A DNA stretch of 62,358 nt, the filler included, from Stramenopiles sp. TOSAG23-3 (lineage: Eukaryota), in the NCBI GenBank assembly GCA_900128585.1. It is 6 parts of 6 records of this genome, joined end to end, with 100 filler letters (N's around TTAATTAATTAA, not from the genome) between each part and the next. Parts side by side here need not be neighbours in the genome. Positions count along the whole stretch, not along the records: positions 37,656 to 56,343 come from LT642421.1; positions 56,444 to 58,349 come from LT645254.1; 4 more parts are not named here. One strand, 5' to 3'. A program made the position numbers and the translations under genes. Below are positions 46,080-57,097 of the stretch, piece by piece. Positions within the stretch are counted from its first letter, which is position 1; the number at the start of each line of letters is the position of its first letter. The notes under the pieces are model-generated. The model did not search any database. It worked only from the letters and a program-made list of their open reading frames with translations, and was not told the origin of the DNA.

Positions 46080-47178
46080 GTTTACTGTGTTGGCTGTTGT
46101 GCAATGGACACGATTGCGAAATTACATGCGCATATATATGTGTATGTATATGATGGCAAAGTATAAATGCTTTTTAAGCTTGACGCACACTAAACGTAAA
46201 CTGCATGTCATTCATAAAACTAAACTTTGATTATCAATTACAAAATACACTCAATCCAAATTCGTCTACTTATTCGTTCTTTCTTTCTCGCGCGCCGCCA
46301 CCGCCAGCCACCAACTAAATACAAGATCATAGCATCAGTTTTAATTAAATACTCTAACTAATTTTAATATAATATTTTAACTAATAATAATAAATAGTTA
46401 ATCTGTCTCTCTATTATACGTAGCAAAGTTGTCTTCTTCTCTGCTATTATTATTAAGCTTATTTTAGTTATATTTATTATTAACTTTAATTTATTAATAA
46501 ATACTTTTTTATTAGAAGAATCTATTATTTTTTTTTTGTTTTTTTTTTGCTCTTTCTCTTCTTCCTCCTCGTTCTTCCTTTGTTTCATTGTTGAATTTGT
46601 TATAATACGTACTGGTGGTCCTCGTAGATTTGATTTGATTTGATTCGATCAATCACTCTTCGTTGGTTACTTTATCCTTAACTATAAAATGAAATATAAT
46701 ATCCTTATTATTTATATTAAATAAACCAATGCGATTGATTTTGATTTTGATTGAATTACCAAACCGTTATTAAAATATTTATTATATTTATTATGGACAA
46801 ACTAAATATTTGTTCAAACTGCGCCGTGTTGATTGTTTTTTTAGTTTAGTAGTAAGTAAGTAAATCTAGTCCTATTTATATATATTACTGTATTATTTTT
46901 TATTATTTCTTTTTTTTTTTCTTTTATTTATTATAATTATTATTAAATTGACATGCTCATTATTCAATTTGATATTGATAGAGAGTATACTAATTATTAG
47001 AACAGTATTTAGGAGTTGAAGTGAACGAGAATTTTTAAGAGGCTGTAAATTGCGTAGGAGTGTGTAAAGTACAGGCAGGTTTTAGTGTTCTGTTTGATTG
47101 TTGTCTGGTTGGTGTGGGATTACAAATCTGCGCGTGTAGATTTATGGGAATTGTGTAGTAGAAGAGCAAACTTTTCGG

Positions 47179-50100
47179 ATGTATGCGGATGACAGTGCCC
47201 TCGGGTTGTTGGACGTAGCAGCGCCGAGCGCGGCGCCGACCACGTCTCCTCGAGTGCCACCGATAGATGTCCATCCTCCAGGAAACTTGGGCAACGCGGC
47301 AGAAGCAGAAGCTGACATTACCATGAACATTACTCTTCGTGAGGAGTACGTTGCCCGTCTGGACAAGCTGCTCTCCACTGCGAGCAAAGCTCAGCTTCAA
47401 AAGCGCTTGATGAAGTCCCTGGATTTGCTGGACATGCTCCGTATGGTCACAGTGGACATTATTGAAGCTGTGGTACAGTGGCGCCATGGGTTGCCCAAAC
47501 CGTTCGTATGGAAGGGGGAAAATTACCTGCTAAAGATAACTCATGACTGCGACTTTTTGGACAATGTCAAGCCCCTGGTGAAGTGGCTCGGCTTTACTAT
47601 GAAGCGAAACCCGTTTTTTACGCTTCGCCTGAAGCTTCGGGGAAAGGGCCTGAGCGACGGGGCGGGCAAACCGCAGCAGAAGCTGCTGCTGGCTCCGATT
47701 GGGGAAGAAAAACTTCGGGCAGCGGAGGACGCGCTTCGCCGAGAAGAAATCCACCACGCTGGTGGCGGTAAAATGGTCGTTGGCCGTGAATTTGGGGGCA
47801 GGCGGCCTACTCCACGGGGGAGCAAGGCAGCTACCAAGACGGGCCCCACGGTTGCTGCCCTGGGCAACGGTTTAGAGTTGGGGGAAGAGTTGGACAAGCC
47901 CCCATCGGAAGTGCTGATCGCCGATCGACTGCGTAGGAAATTAGTCATTCTAAACAAACGGCCCAACACCAGGAAAAAGCTTATTGCGATGTCCAGGAAG
48001 AGGGGGGAAAACGCTTGCATGAAACGGGAACAGTTTTTACGGATCATCATTCGCAATGGTATCGCCTTGACAGACTCAGAAGAAGACTGGATTCTACGGT
48101 ATTTTGACCCTCGGGAAGACAACCGGATCAAAGCGTCGAACGTGCTGCGTTTCTTAGAGATACCCGCGAAGTTGAGTGCAGATTGGCAGCAAAAAAACGC
48201 TCCGCTGGCCGACGGGAACCAACCGCTGAATTTCAGTCCGGAAGAGACCTCTCCTCGGGATGGGCAACGGTATACAATAAAGCAGCTCGACGAGATAGCG
48301 CAGTTGGAAAACGAAATGCAAGACTTGCTTCAGGAGATATCAAAGGCGGAGGACGAAGCCGCGTGGTGGGAGCACCAGCGGGAGTGGGAAGAAGCCACGG
48401 TAAGGAGCGTTGTAGCACGCCGGGCAAGGTTGCAACGCACCCAGAAGGAGATCGACAAACGTTTCAAGGAAGTCAAGGAGATAAAGAAAGAAATTGCGAA
48501 ACGGAAGCGGCGAATTCATGAAATCAAGATGAAAACGCGCGTAAATAGAAAAGACCGGATGAAGGAGCAGAAAGAAAAGTCCACGTATCAGATGTACGGT
48601 GGAAAAGACCGCTACGAAGAGAAGAAGAAGTGGGAGTCGGACAAGAGACGAATCAAGCTTGAGATGAAAGAGCGCGAAGATCGGCGATTAAAGTTTCTTG
48701 AGCTGGACCGCCACAAACGTTTGGCAGAGCAAAAGCGCAAAAAGAGAGAGCGAAATCTCGCTGCCCTTGAAATTCAGAGAATAGCTCGGGGAAGACGCGG
48801 AAGAATACGGGCGAAGCGCATTTACGCTCGAAAGGCCCGACGGGAGGAAGAAAAGCTTCGCCAAGAGCACCTGGCAGCGATAAAAATGCAAAAAATTGCG
48901 CGCGGAAAGAAGGCGAGAGAAGCGTATCGGCAGAAAATTCACGAGCAAGCTGAAAAGCGTGCAGCAGCTTTGAAAATCCAGAAGGCTCAAAGGACACGAA
49001 AGCGGAGGAAAAAAGCGAAGCGGGAGCTGAAGCGAAGGAAAAAGGATCGAGATCGCCTCGACTTGGAGTTTAAGCTAGACCCAGATCGGTTCGTGCACCC
49101 CCTGCTGTGGGACGAAGAGGCTGCAACAGAGCACTCGCATGCACAGCAGGTGATTCTCTTCGTCTCCGGGGATATGTCAACGAGCGAGCGGCTGGGATTC
49201 CTCCATTCCCTTGTCAAGTTGGTGCCTGACATGTTCAAAACAGTAAAGTACCCTGTTGATGTCAATGAGGCAATGGAAGTGCTCGGCACTGGACTCTCGT
49301 GCCTCGTCCATGCAGAAATAGGCCTTTCTGCAAGCACACGGTCTCACTTCAACGCGAACGTAAGCAAAGCGATGAGAGCAATAAAGAAAGAAAGAGATCT
49401 TGCTAGACGAGAAGCGTTGAATCGAGGACACTCCCACGGAGACTCGACGCACAACTCTAGTATTCTGGACCACCCCATGCCGAAAGTGATCATCGTCGCG
49501 GGTTGGCACAGCGTCGGCTACTGCGGCAAGTTCAAGCCGCCAGAAATCTCCCGCTTTTATGACAAGCACATGAAAGCTTCCAAAGAGTCCGACGAGGATT
49601 CCGTGGAAGTTGCCCGCTTGGACGTTGGGGCGTCAAGTGCCGTTCACGAGGAGCACTTGAAAGAATACCTCGAGGCCATAGAGACAAGCCTTTCCTCGAT
49701 ATATTTTGCCTCTAGCTCCAAACAGTTTTCCTATTCAGAGCAACTGAACGAAATGCTTCGACCGGCCTCATCGGCATTACCCTCTATAATATTTGTCCTT
49801 GAAGCGTTGGGCATTCTTATGGACCCAGAAAATACGTACACCGGACCGACAACGTCAGGAAACATTGGTGCGGGGTTCGGTGTCTTCCGATCGGTGTTGG
49901 AAGGGTTTGGGCCAGATGCGGGGTCTAATGTCGCCATAGCGCTTGCGGAACACCTTCGGCATGTTCACATAGCGGACACGTCCAAAAAAAATGCTGAAGC
50001 GCTGCGGAAGTACACCCGCAGCGCGCGGTGGAAAAATATGAACGATCTAGGTGGAACCGTTTTTCAAAAGTTTGTCGTGTACATTGAAAACGCAACCAAT

Positions 50101-51462
50101 TATCTCCACGACATGTACAAGCGAGGGGGAAAGCCGCCTTCGCTGAAAGAAAAATGCGACGGGGGCAAATCATTTGACCGAGTTGTTCTTTTGCACAAGC
50201 AACCGAAGATTGCAGACTTTCCGCCGCTGTACATGGCTGCATGTCATGTCATATCGACTATGTTACACGACCATTCCATGCTTCGGGCAGGTCGAAACGT
50301 GCCAGAAATACTGCACGATGAGACGTCTGCCACATACGAGGGCGTCAAGATTAGCATGGCCCATTCTCGCCGGCCTGGCCTCATGAAGCTGCACCACACC
50401 ATTATTCAGGATTCCACAAAACACCAGCACAATGGAGGCAGAATATTTGTGGAGTTTTTCGACCTCGACCACAATTTAACATACTTTACCTCCGTCTCTG
50501 AAAAGGCTCTGGGACGACTCATTGCCCCCCCACTGATTGAAAATGCCCGGGGAGTCCCATTTAAATCGTTACAGGCAATGTACTCCAAAATTGTTGAAAC
50601 GGCAACGATGGTAGGGCACCACTCAAAGTACCGACCGAACCCTGACTTAGCGCTTTTGCGACACCAACACCCTGTGGTACGTTGCGAACGCCGCGTCTTT
50701 GAGCTGCAATCCCCTCGAGGAATAGGGCAACTTGCGATGTTCAAAGTGTGGGAAGGGGGGCCGGGAGACCTGGTGATAGACGCGTACTTGGTGCACAAAA
50801 AGGTAGCCTGTCACTGCGGTTTTACGTGGTACGCCTTGCGCACAATGCTGAATTTTGGCATATTTACGAGTTTTGCCAGTGAGAGAGACTTGAATGCCAT
50901 CCGGTCCGGAAATATGAAAGAAATGGCGCACTTTGTTCTAGGGAGAATGGCGTTTGAGGACAACCAAATTTGGCTACGAACAGACGATGAAGACAAGGAT
51001 AAAGTTATGCTCCTTCGGTATTTGGGCGATTGCACTATCAACGGACAAGAGCTTTTTGCAGTGGTATACTCGGGACGGAACAATTGGCTTGTTCAAGTCC
51101 TTCTGCCGTTACAAACCGATGGAAAAGTATCCCGACCGCTTCTGGCAATGATAGTGAAGCATTCTGATGTAGCTTCACGCGCAAAACATGCAAAATTAGA
51201 TGCAATGACCGGAGAAGACTTGTTAGATTGGATCAAATTAGTGCCCGTATCGGAGGAGGTGGCACAAAGAAAAGAGCGCAGCAGAGCTGGGATTTCAAAA
51301 ATGAGATCCCCACGCGAAATAGGCGTCACTGATGCTGCCCTCGTTGCGCTGCAACTAAAGCGCATTCCTTCTGTCAGCACATCGTCGCTGCCGAGACTGT
51401 TGGTAGTTGAAGCGACAACGACAAAAGATGAAGTCTTGAAAGTGGAAGAAAGGAAAGACTAA
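47179..51462 (+). CDS. Large coiled-coil/IQ-motif protein with EF-hand-like and dynein MTBD-like segments
   Basis: 1427-aa ORF; IQRIARG, MQKIARG, IQKAQR; EEDWILRYFDPREDNRI; long charged coiled coil. Confidence 0.75.
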   Translation: MYADDSALGLLDVAAPSAAPTTSPRVPPIDVHPPGNLGNAAEAEADITMNITLREEYVARLDKLLSTASKAQLQKRLMKSLDLLDMLRMVTVDIIEAVVQWRHGLPKPFVWKGENYLLKITHDCDFLDNVKPLVKWLGFTMKRNPFFTLRLKLRGKGLSDGAGKPQQKLLLAPIGEEKLRAAEDALRREEIHHAGGGKMVVGREFGGRRPTPRGSKAATKTGPTVAALGNGLELGEELDKPPSEVLIADRLRRKLVILNKRPNTRKKLIAMSRKRGENACMKREQFLRIIIRNGIALTDSEEDWILRYFDPREDNRIKASNVLRFLEIPAKLSADWQQKNAPLADGNQPLNFSPEETSPRDGQRYTIKQLDEIAQLENEMQDLLQEISKAEDEAAWWEHQREWEEATVRSVVARRARLQRTQKEIDKRFKEVKEIKKEIAKRKRRIHEIKMKTRVNRKDRMKEQKEKSTYQMYGGKDRYEEKKKWESDKRRIKLEMKEREDRRLKFLELDRHKRLAEQKRKKRERNLAALEIQRIARGRRGRIRAKRIYARKARREEEKLRQEHLAAIKMQKIARGKKAREAYRQKIHEQAEKRAAALKIQKAQRTRKRRKKAKRELKRRKKDRDRLDLEFKLDPDRFVHPLLWDEEAATEHSHAQQVILFVSGDMSTSERLGFLHSLVKLVPDMFKTVKYPVDVNEAMEVLGTGLSCLVHAEIGLSASTRSHFNANVSKAMRAIKKERDLARREALNRGHSHGDSTHNSSILDHPMPKVIIVAGWHSVGYCGKFKPPEISRFYDKHMKASKESDEDSVEVARLDVGASSAVHEEHLKEYLEAIETSLSSIYFASSSKQFSYSEQLNEMLRPASSALPSIIFVLEALGILMDPENTYTGPTTSGNIGAGFGVFRSVLEGFGPDAGSNVAIALAEHLRHVHIADTSKKNAEALRKYTRSARWKNMNDLGGTVFQKFVVYIENATNYLHDMYKRGGKPPSLKEKCDGGKSFDRVVLLHKQPKIADFPPLYMAACHVISTMLHDHSMLRAGRNVPEILHDETSATYEGVKISMAHSRRPGLMKLHHTIIQDSTKHQHNGGRIFVEFFDLDHNLTYFTSVSEKALGRLIAPPLIENARGVPFKSLQAMYSKIVETATMVGHHSKYRPNPDLALLRHQHPVVRCERRVFELQSPRGIGQLAMFKVWEGGPGDLVIDAYLVHKKVACHCGFTWYALRTMLNFGIFTSFASERDLNAIRSGNMKEMAHFVLGRMAFEDNQIWLRTDDEDKDKVMLLRYLGDCTINGQELFAVVYSGRNNWLVQVLLPLQTDGKVSRPLLAMIVKHSDVASRAKHAKLDAMTGEDLLDWIKLVPVSEEVAQRKERSRAGISKMRSPREIGVTDAALVALQLKRIPSVSTSSLPRLLVVEATTTKDEVLKVEERKD

Positions 51463-52157
51463 GAATAGTTCGTATTTTGTATTTTAAATGATGTATTTAA
51501 TTCTACAGTTCCTCGTACAGGTAGTACAGGTACGGGCACCGATCCCTATCGATTGCTCTAGTATTATTACAAATGTACTGTATTGTTTCTGATACCACCA
51601 GTACAGGTACCAACCGATTAATCCGTTCGGCCTCGCTCTTCGCTCTCGGTAAGGTAGCAGGTAGCAGTGTCTTACGAGGACTCCTCGAAGACCGCTTCTA
51701 ATAAAATGATGTGCTCGTAGTAGTGGAACCTAGTATTATTATTATAGTTCCACATGCCTATTATTACCCAGCAGGGGACGATACAGCAAAAGCAAAAAAA
51801 GCCGTCGTCGTGTCCTCTCCTAAAAATTTCGTTCTTCTTTTTTGTTGTTTTGGTGTATAATAATGTACAGTCTATCATCAACTTATTTTTTATTTTTTAG
51901 TAGTAGTATTTTATATTATTCCGTCGTAGTCTACTAATATTGGACGACTATTTCTCGTAGTAGCGGTATGTAATCACTACACAGTTTCAATTCTGAAAAG
52001 TAAACTCCTCCCCGAGCCTTAGATTACTGAAACGTTGGATATAATTCTTTCTCTTTGTGCTGTACCTACAGAGTAATTCCAACGACAACAGAAAAAAGTT
52101 AAAAGCGCGAGCGCGCAGCTACTGAAGAGAACTATGAGGTGAAGAAAGGCAGACTAT

Positions 52158-55100
52158 ATGAGAGGCATGGATAACGAAGAGTTTAAGCCCGGCCAGACTG
52201 TGTCGGTGTACTTGCCAGGGGACGATGAGACAAGAGTTTCGGGGGAAATAGTAAGTAGCAGTGATGGTGAATCCTACGTTGTTCACGTATACGAAGTGGG
52301 GAACACTCTGGTCCCCCGTAGATTTATCGAGACAGACGACGAGAGTAGAAATGGCCCTACTAAACTGTCTTTGCTGGAGCTTCTGACCCACCACTTCCAC
52401 CTCAAAGGTGGCACAGCCAGAGCAAAGCAGTTGTTGCTGAGGGCGCAGACAAGGAATTTCTCCGCTGGGGAACAGTTTGAACAGTTAAAATCAGAGTTTT
52501 TCCGGCACCATAGACGACAAAAGGGGGGTATGATTCAGCACCAAAGGCTTCTTGCCGCCAGCTTTTGCTTTCGATATTATCGCCGAACCTCTGTGTACCC
52601 ACTGCTACGGAAGGGCTTTCGCAGGTGGTACAAACGTGCTCTTCGCTTACCTGTTCGGAAAAAGGGTGCTGACCGCACGCCGTCGCAAAAAGACCACACT
52701 GCTGCCAAGCGTACAATTTCGTTTAAATCATTGTTGAATGTAAGCCGTGTGAACAAAACGTTCGTAAGACCGCAGAGACTGCCTCCTCTGCCGGAGGTAA
52801 AGGTGCAGGACTCACAGGAGCCGGCGAAGATAAAAACGCTTGATATCGTTGTTTACGCTCCTCTAGGGGGGTGGGGCGTAAACGATCCTCAGTTCTGCAT
52901 TGTGGTGTCTCAAAGTGTGAAGCGAGAAGCTTGTACAGTATATTTTGGGTCGCAAAGGCGTGGATTGCATAGTTGTAAGCTGTCCGAACTGAGAAAGTGC
53001 GAGAAATCATTCAAGCAAGACAAAATATGGGTCGAAATGGCGTTCACTCGATTCCTGTTGCGCACGAAACGGTTTGTGCTTAATAACTTGGATGGTGTGG
53101 TCAAACCGACTCTTAGCCCTACTTTGAAGACGAAAAGAGTCCCGATAGGCTCGCACGTAAATGTTCAAACATCAATCGATGTAGACAATGTACTGCATAA
53201 TGTAAATTTAGTTCTGCGAAATGTCATGCTGACCGGAAAAAGAAGTTTCATCGCCTCACAAGTGATGAGATGGTGTAAAGACTGTCTGACGGACGAAAGT
53301 TTACAGTTTGACGAGCATGATGCCTTTCCGTTCTTGTTCGTGAAAGTTCCTATTATTCCCAGCCTTAATATAGAACTTCAAAGCGTATGGGAAAATAAAA
53401 CTGTGCTCAGTAATCTATGGCGTAGTGCGTGCGTCTACGCTAGCAACATACGAAATGTCGAGGATCTGCTACTAAACGTAATGTTTACTCTCAATTTTTC
53501 AACATATAAATCTTGGCACGATCAAGAAGGTTATCACAAGTTTTGGGACCCAGTGCAAGACATTCAGAACATGGAAATAACAACAGAAGACGAAAGAACG
53601 CCGATACTCGTTCGTATGCTGGGTCAAGCACTGATGGCTCATTTGTCCTCTTTGATTTTGAACGGGGAAGCGCCGATAGTGAAAACACCGGCAAGCGGAG
53701 CGCAAGGGTTACCGCACAGTTCCATGTGGGTGGAGGAGAAGGAATACTTAGCAAACATTGATGAAATAAATAAAATCTTGCGATACATGCTCGTGCACGG
53801 GGTTGTCTCTGCCAGGATGCAAGAGGCTGTTGTTGTCGGCAGTGCCGAGTCGGGAATTGTAAATGCCGTGCACAAAATTACGCCCATGCAGTTGCAAGCC
53901 AGTGGCCTCGTTTCGCGGGGAAAATATTTGTTTTCGCCGTGCTATGACAGCGAGCACGGGAGAATGTACAAAGTCCGGTTTGCCCACGCTGGGCATTTTT
54001 TGAGCGATACTGATCTGCGCATACGATGCGTCTCTTCCGATTACATAGATTTTAAATTCTCTGACATGTTTGAGTTCATGGGCAAACTCCCCAGTTTTCC
54101 GACAGTTACCCTCGTCCTGAAGAAATATTTCGGCTGGTGGAAGGTCAGCTCTACCGCCAGTGCCACCTTGCTTCCAGAAGTGCCCGGGTTTGTTAACACG
54201 AAGACCTCCACCATTGCGCTTTTGCAGCGCGGAAATTTTGTGTTGCTCTCGCATTTACTCAACTATTATAAAATTCAGTGTCATTACAAGCACATTCAAA
54301 ACAATTGTGAGCTAGAGCGGCGAGCGCTAGCAGGCACGGTGGAGAGCCTTCAATCCATTGAATCGGACAGTGGCTACTGGCGTCCGAATCTTGCGAAGGA
54401 CAACTATGAGATTAGACAGGCAAATGCACAGTTGGAAGAGACCGAAAAGAGTCGAAACGATATGGAGAAAGAGATAGCTGAGTTAAAACTACTGTTGAAC
54501 CAGCAAGCAGAAGAAGCAACAGTGCTGAAGAAACGTGTAGCAGCCGTAAATGCAAAGGCAAGACTTCACTGCCAATTATCAACTTTCCAGGCGTGCGTCC
54601 GCATGAGGAAACAACGCTCAGTGTACTTGGAAACTATCGGTAAGTGCGTTCGTATACAGAAGTTTTACAAGCTGCGCCGGAAAGTAAAAGCAACGATTAT
54701 TTTCCAGAAATATACTCTGAAGCACCACTTCCGCACGCGGTATTTATTAACCAAGAGGAGGGTCATTTTCCTCCAGTCGCTACGGCGCATGGGAAAGGTC
54801 CGAAAGCGGTATTTGGCCAAAAGATCCGCCGTCATTTCAATCCAGAGCATGGCAAGGAAGCGCATCGACAAGAAGTCCTACTCACGGGCGAAACGTCGGG
54901 TAGTAATTATGCAGGCAATGTATAGAAAAAACAGGGCGCACCGGCTCGTTCGGTACCTAATAAACTGCATAGTGACAGTACAGAGCATCGCGAGGAGGAA
55001 ACTTTGCCAAGGCAAGTTTCTGAGGAAGCGAAGCGCAGCCATCGTCGTTCAACGATGGTATCGAAGGGAGCGCATACTCAATCTGTGGAACCATGCCATT

Positions 55101-56343
55101 CACCTTGTACTAAAGAAAAGAAACGATGCCAGTGCCACACTAATTCAGACCCTTGCCCGAACATACATGGAACAAAAGCGCTACTCCCATTGCTTGACTG
55201 GAGTATGTACGATGCAGTCTTTTGCACGTATGCTCTTGCGCAGAAATAAGTTTTTAAAGGCACGATCGCACGCCGTCACAACTCAGGCCTTTTTTAAAAT
55301 GTATAGGTGTCGAAAGAAGTACACATGTATGAAAAGTGCTGCAATAGTAATTCAGGCACATTTGCGCATGTTCCGCTCGAAGACATTATACAACCACTTG
55401 AAGGATGCTGCTATTGCAATACAATCTTTGTGCCGGATGGTACCGCAACGAGGACAGTACAAGCGGACTTTAAGAAGTGTTGTTATAAACCAATCTCTTA
55501 TTCGTATGTTCTTAAAACGAAATGCATTCATACAGCTCCAAAGAAAAAACAGTGCAGTAAAAATCCAGGCAGCTGTTAGAGCGTGGTCCGCCAGAAAGTC
55601 GTCCATGATCCTGACGCGTGCTACCATTACTATTCAAAAGTTTGTAAGGGTAAGGCAACTGCTTGTGTTAGCAACGAGTCCTGGCCAGATTTCGAAACGG
55701 GCAAGGCAATACTTTTACGCCCTTAAAATTCAAAGCTTTTATCGAATGTGGTCTGCCATGAAGCAGTACGATGCGATCGTTGAGAACTGGAAAAGGCTGC
55801 AAGCTGCCATCGTATTACAAAAGGATTACCACGTTACTCTGCCATGAAGCAGTACGATGCGATCGTTGAGAACTGGAAAAGGCTGCAAGCTGCCATCGTA
55901 TTACAAAAGAATTACCGACGTTACTCTGCCATGAAGCAGCAAGCTGCCACAGTCATACAAAAAGCTTTCCGACGGTACTCTGCTAGAAAGTTCTTCTTAA
56001 TGGTAGCTACCGAAAGGGAAAAGGTCGCCGAAAGACTTCACAGGCACAATTGCGCAGTTAGCATACAGAAAGTCTTCCGTGGTTACTACAGGAGAAAGGT
56101 ATTTTTGAGAATAATGCGGGGAGGTCCAGCGGCCTACAAGTACAGAGTTGGTGACCGTGTGAGCGCAACCGTTCCTTCCTTTGGCGGGGATTTTTATGAT
56201 GGAAACATCACCAAACTGATTGAGGACAGTGCCATTCCTACGTACTTAGTAACCTTTGACGATGATGATGTGGAAACGATAGAAGAAATCAATGTTCACT
56301 CAGTCGGAGAGCACCCCGAAGAAGAAGCTATTGTGTACAAGTA
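52158..56343 (+). CDS. ASPM-like IQ-array protein with Tudor-like and PWWP-like modules; 1-nt frameshift near 55830; runs into a gap
   Basis: About 20 IQ motifs. ORFs 52158-55847 and 55844-gap are joined through an 86/87-nt tandem repeat. Tudor-like FKPGQTVSV.. and YRVGDRVSA..FYDGNI..YLVTFDDDDVE. Confidence 0.75.
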
Positions 56344-56443
56344 NNNNNNNNNNNNNNNNNNNNNNNNNNNNNNNNNNNNNNNNNNNNTTAATTAATTAAN
56401 NNNNNNNNNNNNNNNNNNNNNNNNNNNNNNNNNNNNNNNNNNN

Positions 56444-56793
56444 ATTTAGACCCTCAAAATCAGTTGTGTACAACAAGAAAGCAATCAAACGATCGACGAG
56501 GTCATCGCCCAGCCTCTTTGACTCTCTGTCAACATCTCAAAAGGGCCCCCGAGCATCCCGGCGGTTTGCTGCAAAAAAAATTGAAGCCCAAAACGTTGGA
56601 GGAGATGGCATGGTATTCACGGGGGTTGGCACCAAACCTGGCAAACATTCAAGACAGGTTCAGCGTAAAGAAGCAAGAGTCTGCTCCAGTGTTGCTGGAG
56701 AAGTTCAACTTGGGGCAAATGCACAAAGCGTTTTTTGACGAGACAAAAGTGATTAAGAGTGGCAAAAAAAAGAACGACTGGGAAATGCGATGA
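56444..56793 (+). CDS. Probable 3' fragment of a CDS after the gap (possibly the IQ-array gene); frame uncertain
   Basis: Two overlapping open frames and coding-like composition, ending in AT-rich sequence. Confidence 0.4.
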
Positions 56794-56848
56794 GCGTGTA
56801 AAAAAAAATAATTATATATAGTATCATGTTTTAAGACTCTCATTTAAA

Positions 56849-56921
56849 AACAAGAAAATTGGCTATTATTTATGAGTAATTAAATTTAGCTTCGTCGTAC
56901 CCTAATCCTAACTTGGTTCTA
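56849..56921 (-). mobile_element. Longest copy of the AAATAACAGCCAATTTTCTTG family, 8-bp flanking direct repeat
   Basis: Reverse complement matches 10929-10988 over ~60 bp; catttaaa at 56841-56848 and 56922-56929. Confidence 0.7.
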
Positions 56922-57097
56922 CATTTAAATCAATTTACTATTTCAAATCCAACCCTTTTTTAAAATAATAAAAATTATTATGATAGTTTGGTAAAATGTT
57001 TTTGAAGAAACAAAAATACTGGGGCGGTTATTTTTTGTTTTTCATACGTCGAACAGTAGTATTGTTTTTAACACAAAATAATGCCTACTGCTGTGTG

